DNA from: Selaginella moellendorffii
Taxonomy: Eukaryota; Plantae; Lycopodiophyta
DNA: 64,000 nucleotides
NCBI RefSeq assembly: GCF_000143415.4
Contig: NW_003314278.1
Location: 2,314,408 to 2,378,407, forward strand
Direction: 5' to 3'
The position numbers and the translations under genes are program-made. Shown here one piece after another: positions 1 through 12,742 of the stretch; position 1 is the first letter of the stretch, and each line of letters begins with the position of its first letter. The notes below the pieces were generated by a model, which worked only from the letters and a program-made list of their open reading frames with translations, searched no databases and was not told the origin of the DNA.

Positions 1-258
1 GCGACCCACGAACAGCTCCTCACCTAACAATCTCCAGCCCGGGCCAGAGACTGGATTGCTGACGCTCGCTCGAGAGAATCAAGCCAGTCCATCGAGCTGC
101 CGCTCGCCGGTCTTCCTGCTACCGCCATAGCCCCTGCTGGAGACGCGATTCAAGGGCAAGGGCGCAGAAAAGGAGAGAGGGAGAGAGGGCACGAGGAAAT
201 CAATGGGAGTGAATGCGCCCAGAGTGAATGCCAATGCCCTAAGCGCGAGAGAAGAGAG

Positions 259-259
259 A

Positions 260-298
<39 letters not shown>
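259..298. repeat. (CT)n microsatellite
   Basis: Directly visible CT run. A second (CT)n lies at 802-830 and a (CTG)n at ~1120-1143. Confidence 0.95.
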
Positions 299-300
<2 letters not shown>

Positions 301-797
301 GGCGTACGCGCAAAGGCAAAGACGAGGGACGCGAGAAAGGGAGACCAACAAAACAAACAAAAAATAAAGCCTGGCGAAGGCTGGCTGGAGTTAGCTAGGA
401 TGCCACTTCAGTTGGAAAGCTATGGAGAGAAAAAAAGAGAGAAAAGAGTTTTTCCATCTCCATTCAAGGAGAGCGCATCTATCCGGGAATATGCTCTGTC
501 TCCCCCACGGCAAGGTATATTCCGCCGGCTTAAGCGCTTTAAGAGCTCCTAGGAAATGGGAATAATTTGCGATTACATGACGACGAATCGCCTCGTCGTT
601 TCCTGCCATTGTTTTCTTATATGGTTTTCTTTTCCTTTGATTTGATGATCCAGGAAAATTTCTTGCCGGAATAAAGAATCTCGATCGAAACTCGGGTCTT
701 TTCCTTCCTTTTTTTCTTTGGATCGTTTCGGAGGGACTTGATGCTTGATGTTGCCATAGTTGAAAACCGTGACACAGCGGAACTCCCTCCCATAATG

Positions 798-832
<35 letters not shown>

Positions 833-1831
833 CCTCCTTTTTTCTTGGTTCTTTAACATCGCCCATCTGTAAAGCAGCACCTACAACTGATGAGTATAAT
901 CTCAACATGGCCAACCCAAACAACCGAAAATCTCACCTGGCCTCCATGGCTTTTCGGCTCGCTCGCTTGCTTGCCACCTAACAAGCCATCGTAATCTAGC
1001 GCAGCCTGCCCCGCCTTCGTTCGAACCAACGACAAGGCCGTGTCGATTGTGTTGTGTGTCCATTCCAGAAGTGGTGGCTGCTTCCATTTAAGAAAAAAAT
1101 CACACATATGCTCCTGCCACTGCTGCTGCTGCTGCTGCTGCTACTTCTCTGCATCGAATTCCAGATAAATCTTTAGAAAACAAAAATATATAAAAGAAAG
1201 AAAAACCAAAGCTTAGCTTGGCAGTAAGTGGCATTTGTCACTGTACCTTAAGTTCGTGGATTTTATTCGCCTGCTTGTTGCGGATTGTTTGGCGCTTTTG
1301 CGAGCTGCTGGCGCTCGCTCACGGTCTTTTCCTTGGAATCCGTCCATGGCCGCAGTTAAAACTTCGTGTTCTTCCCGATGGGGTTGCTGGCATGGCTGCA
1401 AGTACGCGTTCCTGTTCCTGTGTGCGAGAGGAATAAAATACAAATCGCTGCTTCAGAGTTTCGAAATATATGCTTAACTTTAGGAGACGAATCGGTACGG
1501 GTCGAGACGCGCTTTGGGAAGATTAAGAAACGCGATTATGTGCATGCTTTTCGTAAATCGCTGTATATATGCTGCAAAAAGAATTCACAGCGAGAAATTA
1601 GATGAGAGTGCTCTCCAGACAGACAATCGATTTGGTTTCGTACAGAAACTGAATCCTTGTTTTCATGGAACCTGGAAAAACAAGATCTTGCTTAGAAATG
1701 CACGCGTGACCTGGCCTCCCGGAGTTCATAATGCTCGCGATTTGTCATCATTGTCCGTAGGCTGCAAAACGAGAGAAATGTGGGATTTCGACGCGAATGC
1801 TTGATTCACACTTACGTCGCCGCCTTCCACT

Positions 1832-3786
1832 TTACGCTTCCGCAGATCCAATGTTTGGGACGGGTCCTTGGAACCAATGCCTCCCACTTAAAAACCAGTA
1901 ACCCAATGTGAACATCGACACGCCTCCCAGTGCGACCGGAGCATAATTGAGCGTCTCTATCGTGACGGGATACGCCACCGGCAGGCAAAACAAGACGGTG
2001 CTCACCATCACCCAGCTAACAGCCAGCCAGCCAATGATGAGCGAAAATCTTCCGAGGTGGAACGGGCCCCGAACGAAGTTGCGCCTTGCGAATGTAACGC
2101 GAAGCAGTATCGGCAGACCATAGGCGATATCAAGCGAAATTGTGTTGATAGACACCGTGGCTTGAAATGCAACTTCGCTCGCCAGGTACTGAAAGCAAGC
2201 TGGAGCTTATTAAAGCAAAGCAGGAAACAGACATGGAACATACCGGTAAAGCCAGACAGAAGGCCACGACAACGCACAAGAAAACTGCGTTGCCAGGAAC
2301 CTCCTTCCCGTTCAGCTTATGCCAGAAACGCGACAGAGGTAAGGCACCATCTCTAGAGAACGCATATGTCATCCTGGGAAATAAGACGAGCCTTCGTTAA
2401 GATTATGACAAACTTAGAAACGCAAACGATACCTTGAAGTTGTTGTAACACTGAGCAATCCACAGAAGTAGAGCCCTCCGCAAGGAATTATCAACAGGAG
2501 AAAACTCCATCTTGCATCGTGGAAATGGCTCTCAAAACCATTATAAAGCAGCTGCGCAATCGCGTATCCTTTGGTGTCATTGCCTGGGTCTAGCAAGTGT
2601 GGAACATCAATGCTCGTGAACACCAGGGGTAAAAGGTAAATAGTCCCCAGTAGGACGGAGCCTAGAACCGCGCCAATGATGCCATAACCACCGGTTTTGT
2701 CGGCGGTCTTTGTCTCCTCGGACTGCAAGATGGTCGTAAGTCAAGGTCGACATCTAAATGCAGAAAGACAAAGTACGTACCATGTGAGCCGCAGAGTCGT
2801 ATGCCAAAAGGGTGTATTGGCTCATGAGCAATCCCAGTAAAAATGTGTATGGCTTGCTGTGAATCCCGGTGCTGCTGTCTTGGTTGAGGTTGCTGAACAC
2901 TGATGATGCTTTTTGCCGAGGCAAAAGCGCCAGTAGGAAAGCTCCAATCATAACCACACCTGCAGCAGGACCTCAGAAAGGCACACGCAAATGCTAACGA
3001 AATGTTACCCAAGATGTTCCACAAAGCAGCGATGTTTCCCAGCCAAGAAAACCATCGAACATTAAGCCCGTTGATCAGTCCATGGAGCAAGAGTATTGCA
3101 CCATAAATGCAGACAACCACGTACTTGGAAGCATAGTAGCCGCCTCCGTTACCCCCTCCAGTGCTTACAAGGATTGTCACTTGTAGCAACAGCGCGAGTG
3201 AGAAACAAACGCTCGCTGTTCCCGACCACTGCATTACAGTCAAATATGTTCAGAGACTTGCGCACCAATGAACGGGATCTTAGTACCAATCCAGCAATGT
3301 TGAACCTGGAATCCACCACTTCAGCGCTTCACTTAATCTTAGAAGAAACTTTCACTTACCATCCGGTCATCCATGCCATAAACGGTCCCCATTTGCGGCC
3401 TGCGAGCTTGTAACTCCAGAAGTAGAGGCCGCCCGATGTAGGATACGCTGAGCAAATCTCTGCCATGGACAGGGCAATACATATGGTGAAGAAGCACACT
3501 ATAGGCCATCCATAAACGATGGACACCGGGCCTCCATATCGAAGGCCGGTGTTGTACGTCGGAGTGACTCCAGTAAGTATGGACACCACTGAGAAGCACA
3601 TCGCGACATTTGCTAGAGGCCTGCAAAATCAGAAAAAGATTTTGACAATGACAGAACAGAAATTTGCACTTACGACATGGAGCGCTTGAGCTCCTGTTTG
3701 TATCCAAGCTCTTGAAGCCGCTGCTGGCCGGAGTCGATCTTCTCTTCGTCCATTGTCGCGAGAATTGATCTCGCTTCCATTTCCAT
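1832..3786 (-). CDS. BAT1: Amino acid/GABA permease BAT1-like (APC/ACT family), copy 1, multi-exon
   Basis: Exons read DSGQQRLQELGYKQELKR, YNTGLRYGGPVSIVYGW, SMAEICSAYPTSGGLYFWS, YTLLAYDSAAHM, MTYAFSRDGALPLS, LNYAPVA and WFQGPVPN, with GT-AG boundaries. Confidence 0.9.
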
Positions 3787-4818
3787 CTTCAAGTCCTCGT
3801 GATGTGGTGAAGACGAGTGTCCCCCAAGGTGCTTTATAGATCGAAAAGACTTATAGTCAAGCACTGACTCGATCGATTACGAAATCTACGAAAGAAAGAG
3901 TCAAAGAGCGGCGTATGTCGTATTATCACCTGCCGTTCAGCTGCGACAGCCGTGAATATACTCAAAGCAACGGCCAAAATCAGTCCAAATTCGACAACGC
4001 TTAGCCTCTACAAAAAATCAAGTTTTTAGAGTCCTTCCGATCTACAGAAAACCAATCAATCAAAAGAAATTACCTACAGATCTGGATCTGGCGCTGCCGT
4101 CTCTACACCTGACTGAAGAAGCGAAGCAGATGTTGGGCAAATAAGTGATGGTCAACTTCTCACAGTAATAAGAAAAATATTCTCTCCCTTGCATAAAATA
4201 CAGTGTTTATAGACTATTCATACGCACATTAATTCAGCGATATTCTTTCCAATTAACGTTAGAATTTCAAAAGCAAGCAACACTGTAAAAGATTACAAGC
4301 ACGCGCACACTATTAGACACAAGAGGTGAACGAAAGAAACTTCAAACACTAGAAAAAAGCATCCACAGGCTCTACCTAAAAGTCATATATCTTCGCATTC
4401 AGATATCAAGCATATGGTAAACAAAACGATCTTAGTAGAAATACAACATTATTGACTCGGCGAGTACACAGCCAAAGAGCTTACCATCGATTTTTTTACC
4501 GACGAGGATCATCTCAGTGCACTTTGAGAATTCGCAGATTAAGAAATGAGATTATGTGCACGCATTTCGTAAAACGCTGTGTGCTGCAAAAAGAATTCAC
4601 AGCGAGAAATTAGCTGACAGGCCTCTCCAGAGAGACAACGTATCTGCTCGATCTGGTTTCGTACAGAAACTGAATCCTTGTTCTGGAAAAACAAGATCTT
4701 GCTTAGAAATGCACGCGTGACCTATAATACTCGCGATTTGTCATCGTTGTCCGTAGGCTGCAAAATGAGAGAAATGTGAATCTTGACGCGAATGCTTGAT
4801 CTACGCTTACCTCGCCGG

Positions 4819-6762
4819 CTACGTTTCCACAGATCCAATGTTTGGGACGGGTCCTTGGAACCAGTGCCTCCCACTTAAAAACCAGTAACCCAATGTGAAC
4901 ATCGACACGCCTCCCAGTGCGACTGGAGCATAATTGAGCGTCTCTATCGTGACAGGATACGCCACCGGCAGGCAAAATAATATGGTGCTCACCATCACCC
5001 AGCCAACAGCCAGCCAGCCAATGACGAGAGAAAATCTTCCGAGGTGGAGCGGCCCCGGAACGAAGTTATGCCTTGCGCCTGTAACGCGAAGCAGTATCGG
5101 CAGACCATATGCAATATCAAATGCAATTGTGGAGATAGAAAGCGTCGCTTGAAATGCAACTTCGCTTGCCAGGTACTGAAAGCAAACTGGAGCTTACTAA
5201 AGCAAAGTTGAAAGAACATACCGGTAAAGCTAGACAGAAGGCCACGACAATGCACAAGAAAACTGCGTTGCCAGGAACCTCCTTCCCGTTCAGCTTATGC
5301 CAGAACCGCGACAGAGGTAAGGCTCCATCTCTAGAGAACGCATATGTCATCCTGGGAAATAAGACGAGCGTTCGTTGAGACTATAGTAACACAAAAAGGA
5401 TACCTTGAAGTTGTTGTAACACTGAGCAATCCACAGAAGTAGAGCCCTCCGCAAGGAATTATCAACAGGAGAAAACTCCATCTTGCATCGTGGAAATGGC
5501 TCTCAAAACCATTATAAAGCAGCTGCGCAATCGCGTATCCTTTGGTGTCATTGCCTGGGTCTAGTAAGTGTGGAACATCAATACTCGTGAACACCAGGGG
5601 TAAAAGGTAAATAGTTCCCAGCAACACGGAGCCTAGGACCGCACCAATGATGCCATATCCACCGGTTTTGTCGGCGGTCTTTGTCTCCTCGGACTGCAAG
5701 ATGGTCATAAGTCAAGGTTGACATCTAAATGCAAAAATACAAAAGCGTATGTACCATGTGAGCCGCAGAGTCGTATGCCAGAAGAGTGTATTGGCTCATG
5801 AGCAATCCCAGTAAAAATGTGTATGGCTTGCTGTGAATCCCGGTGCTGCTGTCTTGGTTGAAGTTGCTGAACACTGATGATGCTTTTTGCCGAGGCAAAA
5901 GCGCCAGTAGGAAAGCTCCAATCATAACCACACCTGCAGTAGGACCTCAGAAACGCACACGCAAATGCTAACGAAATGTTACCCAAGATGTTCCATAAAG
6001 CAGCGATGTTTCCCAGCCAAGAAAACCATCGAACATTAAGCACGTTGATCAGTCCATGGAGCAAGAGTATTGCACCGTAAATGCAGACAACCCCGTACTT
6101 GGAAGCATAGTAGCCGCCTCCATTAGCCCCTCCAGTGCTTACAAGGATTGTCACTTGTAGCAACAGCGCAAGTGAGAAACAAACGCTCGCTGTTCCCGAC
6201 CACTGCATTACACACGAATGTGTTGAGAGACTTGAGCACCAATGAACGCGATCATAGTACCAATCCAGCAATGTTGAACCTGGAATTCACACCACTTCAG
6301 CGCTTCACATAATCTTAGAGCAAACTTTCCCTTACCATCCGGTCATCCATGCCATAAACGGTCCCCATTTGCAGCCTGCGAGCTTGTAACTCCAGAAGTA
6401 GAGGCCCCCTGATGTAGGATACGCTGAACAAATTTCTGCCATGGACAGGGCAATACATGTGGTAAAGAAGCACACTATAGGCCATCCATAAACGATGGAC
6501 ACTGGGCCTCCATATCGAAGGCCGGTGTTGTACGTCGGAGTGACTCCAGTAAGTATGGACACCACTGAGAAGCACATCGCAACATTTGCTAGAGGCCTGC
6601 AAAACCAGCAAAGGATTTTGACCATGACCAAATACAAATCTGCACTTACGACATGGATCGCTTTAGCTCCTGTTTGTATCCAAGCTCTTGAAGCCGCTGC
6701 TGGCCGGAATCGATCTTCTCTTCGTCCATTGTCGCGAGAATTGATCTCACTTCCATCTCCAT
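4819..6762 (-). CDS. BAT1: Amino acid/GABA permease BAT1-like, copy 2 (recent duplicate of copy 1)
   Basis: Same exons as copy 1 with near-identical introns. The last exon reads ...WFQGPVPNIGSVET* (stop at 4819-4821). Confidence 0.88.
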
Positions 6763-7422
6763 CTTTTATGTCCTCGTGATGTGGCGAAGATGAGTGTCCC
6801 GCTAGGTGCTTTATATATCGAAAACACTTGCGGTGAAGCACTGATTCGACCGATTACGCAAACTACGAAAGAAAGAGTCAAAGAGCGGTGTATGTCGTAT
6901 TATCACCTGCCGCAGCCGTGAATATACTAGAAGCAACGGCCAAGCAGCAGTCCAATTTCCAAACTGCCAAAGCTCAAAGCCTGCACAAAAAATCAAGTAT
7001 TTAGAATTCTTCTCACTTGAGATGTACAGAAAACATCAAAAGAAATTATCTGTAGATCTGGATCTGGCGCTACCGTCTCTACACCTGAGTGAAGAAGCAG
7101 ATGTTGCGCAAATAAGTGATGGTCAACTTCTTACAGTAATATTCTCACCGAACAAATAGCGCAGAATTATTGCAAGAATGTGAATTCAAACAACGTTAAG
7201 ATTTCAAAGAAAGTTAAAAGCTTGCAAGCACGCGCGTTAAAGCATAAACTATCAGAGACAAAAGGTGAACGAAGAAACTTCAAACACTAGGAAAAAAGGA
7301 AAGCATCAATCCATTTATAAGTCAAATATTTCACATCCAGATATGAAGCATATGGTAAAGAAAGCGTTCTTATTAGAAAACTCTATACACAGCGAAAGGA
7401 TGCAGTAGCTTACCGACGAGGA

Positions 7423-9315
7423 TCATATTTCTACGCACTCATAGTTTGGTACTGGTCCTCGGAACCAATGTCTTCCACTCAAAACCCAGTACGCCAAGGG
7501 GATTATTGCGAAACCTCCAAGTATAACTGGAGCATAATTCAGCGTCTCTGTTGTAACAGGATATGCCACCGGTAAGCAAAATAACACGGTAATCGTCATG
7601 ATCCAGCAAACAGCTAGCCATCCAATAACGATAGAAAACTTCCCGAGATGGAGTGGCCCAGGAACAAAACTGTGCCTTGCAACTGTTACACGTAGTAGTA
7701 TTGGAATCATATAAGCAACACTGATGGAAATCGTTGCAATAGACAGCGTTGCCTGGAACGCAACTGCGCTTGCCAGATACTGGAAGCAAGCCAAAGTGTT
7801 AGACGAAGAAAAGAAATGCAAACGATCATACCGGTAAACCCAACACAAATGCAATCACAATGCCTACAAGGACTGCATTGACTGGCACCTCTCTTTTGTT
7901 CAATCGATGCAAGAACCGTGAGAGAGGTAAAGCTCCGTCTCTAGAAAACGCATAACACATTCTGGAAGGAGAGAACACTTAATCACGGCATAGATAAAAA
8001 TGCCTACCTCGATCCCGCAGTAACGATGAACATTCCACAAAAAAAGATAAGAACACAGGGTATCATCAGTAGAAAAGCGCTCCATCTTCCGTCGTCATAG
8101 TGGCTCTTGAATCCATCATAAAAAAGTTGCGCTATTGCATAGCCCTTCGTGTCATTATCCGGATTCAGTAAGTGTGGAGTGTCACCGCTTGTAAACACCA
8201 GAGAAACAAGGTATATAGTTCCCATTACGACGGATCCTACAACAGCTCCAACTATCCCATAACCACTAGTCTTATCTCCTGCTCCTGTCTCCTCAGACTG
8301 TAGCATTTCCAGAAAAAATCAAATGATTCCTAATAAAAAACGAACACATACCATGTGAGCAGCAGAATCGTATCCCAAAAGTGTGTACTGGCTCATTAGC
8401 AATCCCAGCAAAAATATGTATGGCTTACTGTGGATCCCAGCGCCATTTTCCTCATTAAAAGAGGTAAATACAGTTTGTGCACTTTGACGAGGCAATATCG
8501 CCAGAAGAAAAATTCCAATGACAAACACACCTGCAACACAACTCAAGCAGAGACTCAAAAAATGCAGAAGAGCTTACCCAATATGTTCAAGAAACCAACC
8601 ACAGTACCGAGCCACGATAACCATCGAATGCCGAGCACGTTGATGAGTCCACAAAGTACCAGTATACCACCGTATAGGCAGACTACCACATACTTTGAGG
8701 CATAGTAACCACCTTCATTGCTTCCCCCTGTACTTACGAGAATTGTCACTTGTAGCAATAGTGCTAGGGAGAAATTAACGCTCGCTGTTCCCGACCACTA
8801 CATACGCGATGAACGTCGTTAAGGAGTATCAGTGCACGATCATATTACCATTCCAGCGATGTTGAACCTGAAACATAACACGGAATAAGAGCCGATACAA
8901 AAAATTGAATTTGCTAACCATCCGGTCATCCAGGCCGTAAATGCTCCCCATCTTCGTCCTCCAAGCTTGTAGCTCCAGAAGTAGAGACCACCAGATGTAG
9001 GATAGGCGGAGCAAATTTCCGCCAGAGACAGAGCAATACACAGCGAAAAGAAGCATACGATCAGCCATCCGTAGACAATGGAAACAGGCCCTCCATATCT
9101 GAGACCAGTGTTGTACGTCGGGGTAATGCCACTAATTATAGAAATAATTGAGAAACACATGGCAACATTGCCTAGCGGCCTGCAAGAACACCAGGAATCT
9201 TAATCGCCAGAAATTCAATCCAAATGTGTACTTACGACATAGAACGCTTCAACTCCTGCTTATATCCAAGCTCTTGCAGTCGCCGCTGCCCCGAATCCAT
9301 CTTCGCAGCGTCCAT
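7423..9315 (-). CDS. BAT1: Amino acid/GABA permease BAT1-like, copy 3 (more diverged)
   Basis: MDAAKMDSGQRRLQELGYKQ, LAEICSAYPTSGGLYFWS, YTLLGYDSAAHM, LNYAPVILGG, WFRGPVPN. Intron positions match copies 1 and 2. Confidence 0.9.
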
Positions 9316-9510
9316 CTTCACAAAATTTTCTCCTCAACGTTTCACAATGAGGAAGCTGAGAGTGAATAAAAAATAAAACGTCAAGTCAAGCGCGACAAAT
9401 CGCTGAATTCATCATTCCACAAATGTTGACTCACCTTCATTGGACAGCTAGGAAGCAAAGTCCAATCAAGCTTTTGAAAAATGTTGAGAAAGTTTCATAC
9501 CATAACGATG

Positions 9511-12073
9511 TCACCAGTAATCTTTGCACGAACAGCGTCCGTCCTTAAAGTTGTGGAACCGATGAGTATCCCTCACCAAAATCTCGCGACCTCTGAGCTT
9601 GGAGATATACTTGGTGGCCGTGTGACAATCCGAGCACACTCTGAGGTTCTTGATAACTCGAAGAGGCGTTCCCGGAGGCGTACTCATGAGGCCAAACGCA
9701 ATGGCCAATCGCTCGCTGTGATAAAAAAGCATGTCTTCTTTCCGCTCGTCTTCGACATCGTGCAGGATCATCTTAGTGTCAGGGATATATCCCGCGGCTC
9801 TCATCTCTGAGTTTAGAACGTCCAGCTCTGCGTATATAGGATGACGCCGTGGATGGGACCTATCTCCCTCCAAAAACTCATGCACCCTGTTGAGAATCTC
9901 GATTGATGAACGACCTGGTTCTTTTTTCACACCACGGCTACGCATCAATTTTCTCATTCTGTTGACACCGTCCCAGTCACCAGCTGCCGCATAAACGTTC
10001 GACAGAACCACGTAAGCTCCAGAATGGCTTGGATCGCGCTCAAGAACTTGCTCGGCTGCGGCTTTAGCTTGATCCGTCTTGTTGTGTGTCCGGCAGGCTC
10101 CAAGAAGTGTCATCCACAAGATGCCGTCTGGAAGACATCCCGAAAGCTTCAAGACGATATCTACTGCTTCCTGTATCCTCCCTGCCCTTCCCAAGAGGTC
10201 GACGACGCACCCATAGAGTTCTGGTGTTGGAGTAATGCTGAAATCTTGGAGCATAGCCACGAAATACTGATAACCATCTGTAACCGATCCGGAGTGACTT
10301 AATGCCGAGAGCACGCTCACGAAGCTCACTGCGTCTGCCTTCTCACCATCTAGCTGCATCTGGTTGAAAAGCTGCAGAGTCTCGTCGTAATACCCGTGTT
10401 GGGCATACGCCCCGAGCATAGAGTTCCAAACGAGTATGTCTCTCTTCGCCATCTTCTCGAAGACACTCCTTGCCTCCGCCATTTTCCCGCACTTGCCGTA
10501 CATGTTGATCAGCGCCGTCTCCACGACCATCTCCATCCGAAACCCGTTCTCGATTATGTGACTGTGAATTTGCCTCCCCTTTTGCAGAGCCGCAAGGTGT
10601 GCGCAAGTATCCAGCACAGCGACAAGAGTAGCACTCGTAGGCCTGCGTCCTTCGAGCTGCATCTCCTGGAACAGCTGAAGAGCTTCCTTCCTAAAGCCAT
10701 TCTGCGCGTAAGCAACACACATAACAGTCCAGGTAATGACATCCTTACTTCCCATGTCGACAAAAATCTTCCACGCTTGTCCGGGGGCCTCGCATCTCCC
10801 GTAGAGACTCATCAGAGCTGTAGCAACAACAACATCTCTATCATATCCAGCCTCTTTCACAAGCTCATGTATCACCTTCCCTTTCGCCAAGCTCGTCAAG
10901 CTGGTATACACGTTGAGCATCAACACAAACGTGATGTCGTTTGCCTTGATCCCATCCTGCTGCAAGCGCCCAAAAAGCCTCACGGCCTCGCCAAAGTTCT
11001 CGTTTTGCACGTAGAATGTGATGACTATGTTCCAAGTAACCACGTCCCTGTCCACCATATCCTCGAAAAGCCTCCGCGCGTCACCCAGGAGCCCAGCGTT
11101 GCCAAACATATTCATCGCGGAATTCATCACTCGGACGTCGGACTCCATCACTCGCGAGGAAACCAAGCTGTAGATAAACTTCCCCTCGCTCAAGTAGTGT
11201 GGATCTCCGTAAGCATTGAAGACGGTGTAGAGCGTGATCTTGTTCGGCACCACGCCGTCGAGCTGCATCCTCCGGTAGAGCCACCTCGCGAGAGCAAACT
11301 GATCGTGCTGGACACAAGCCGCGATCATGGCTGTCCATGAAACCACGTCCCTGTGCTCGAGCCTCTTGAAAGAATCCCAGGCGCCTCTAACGCTGCCACA
11401 CTTGTTATACATGTTTATCAGCGCCGTCCCCACGAACACATCGCCCTCGAATCCCTGCTGGAGGATTTGCCCGTGGATCTCCATCCCATCCTTGAGCGAT
11501 TCCGTGCTAGCGCAAGCGTTGAGGATCGCGACGTATGTCACCTTGGTCGGCATCACATCCTCCTCTTGCATCTGGTAGAACATCCCCAGCGCGCGATCGT
11601 AATCCCCTTGCTGGCAATAGATCCCGATCATCCTCGTCCACGCGAACACATCCTTGCGCTCCAAGATCTCGAAAACCTGCTGAGCCTCCGGCACGCTGCC
11701 GCATTGCGCATACATCTGGATCAAGTGGCCGCAGACGAGATTGTTCTGCTCGAAACCCCGATCGCATACGTGCCAGTGGACGCGCCGGCCGTGATCCACA
11801 TTCTTGGCAGACGAGCAGCGCTGGAGCAGCGCCACGAAGAATGCGGTATCCGGCTTGAATCTCTTCCTCTCCCTGTCGCAGTCGCCGTCAAGAACACCGA
11901 GATCGTCCTTGATCTGAGAGAGAACCGCGAGGGGCGTCGGTTTCCTCGGCACGAGCTGGTCGCTGGCTGGAAATGCGCGTCAGGAGGAGGAGGATCCGAT
12001 GGTATGGAATCGTCTTACCGGCGGCTTGGAGCTTCTGGATCTTGGATCGAGCCTGGCGCCTCCCAGGCAGCAT
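9511..12073 (-). CDS. PLS-class PPR protein with E/E+/DYW cytidine-deaminase domain (organellar C-to-U editing factor)
   Basis: 813-aa ORF with PLS repeats, PG box (KKEPGRSSIE), HSERLA...CSDCH and terminal DYW. An in-frame first exon 12019-12073 joins via a 52-nt GT-AG intron (11967-12018). Confidence 0.95.
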
Positions 12074-12220
12074 TCTTCTACCCTAAACCTCTAATATGCG
12101 GAGTATATTCTTGCCCAATACAAGAACCCTAAAATTCAACCTTTGTAGATACTAGAGAATCTTGGATACCACGAACATCATACAAGTATCGGGATAGTCC
12201 ACGATCATACTAGCATAACA

Positions 12221-12640
12221 TCACTTTCTGGATCGAACAAATCGTACTCGTGCGGCAGGATCATCCTGGTGTCGCATCCTTGCCCTGAGCACCTTGAGAT
12301 TGCTCTTGGCGTCGGTGCCAACTTCATTCAGCATTCCGTGGATGGTCGGCCCGATCACGTCGCAAACCTCGCGCGAAATGTTGAAATTGAAGGTTTTTTG
12401 GCACACGTCCTTGCGCACCTCGTCGCCATCGCCAGCCCGCTCTTACCTGTTGCGAATCACTTCTGCTACATAGCCAGTCAACGGGATCTTCCCACTAGAA
12501 AGATCAAGTTCCTGGATCTTCCGGCTCTCATCGCCGAGCACAACATCCGGAAGATTGAGACTTACTAAGCCATTTACCCGACTTGCGAATATGCGGCAGC
12601 ATATCCTTGGTCTCTTTGAACCGTTATCACGAGTAAAAGC
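12221..12640 (-). pseudogene. Unidentified protein-like reading frame interrupted by one stop
   Basis: Single frame ...SLNLPDVVLGDESRKIQELDLSSGKIPLTGYVAEVIRNR*ERAGDGDEVRKDVCQKTFNFNISREVCDVIGPTIHGML..., TAA at 12443-12445. An antisense shadow ORF is present. Confidence 0.3.
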
Positions 12641-12656
12641 TTAACTTTCTCATCAT

Positions 12657-12730
12657 TCCATTGTCGTCTAGTCCGGTCAGGATACCTGGCTTTCACCCAG
12701 GCGACCCGGGTTCAAATCCCGGCAATGGAA
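12657..12730 (+). tRNA. tRNA-Glu (anticodon TTC)
   Basis: Acceptor stem TCCATTG/CAATGGA, anticodon arm CCTGG-CTTTCAC-CCAGG, T-arm CCGGG-TTCAAAT-CCCGG, downstream T-runs. Confidence 0.95.
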
Positions 12731-12742
12731 AGCATCCCAGTT

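Larger units (their letters stand above)
1510..7426. repeat. Tandem segmental duplication, ~3 kb unit (about 1510-4512 and 4519-7426)
   Basis: Non-coding flanks match (e.g. 1520 agattaagaaacgcgattatgtgca vs 4536 agattaagaaatgagattatgtgca; 4080-4170 vs 7055-7140). Confidence 0.9.

Noticed and set aside
5352-5403. U12-like donor GTATCCTTT in a BAT1 copy 2 intron
   Set aside because: No good U12 branch site, and the paralogs have GTATCG and GTAGGC at the same intron.
10024-12132. Long + strand ORFs (314 aa, 259 aa)
   Set aside because: Antisense shadows of the GC-rich PPR-DYW CDS.
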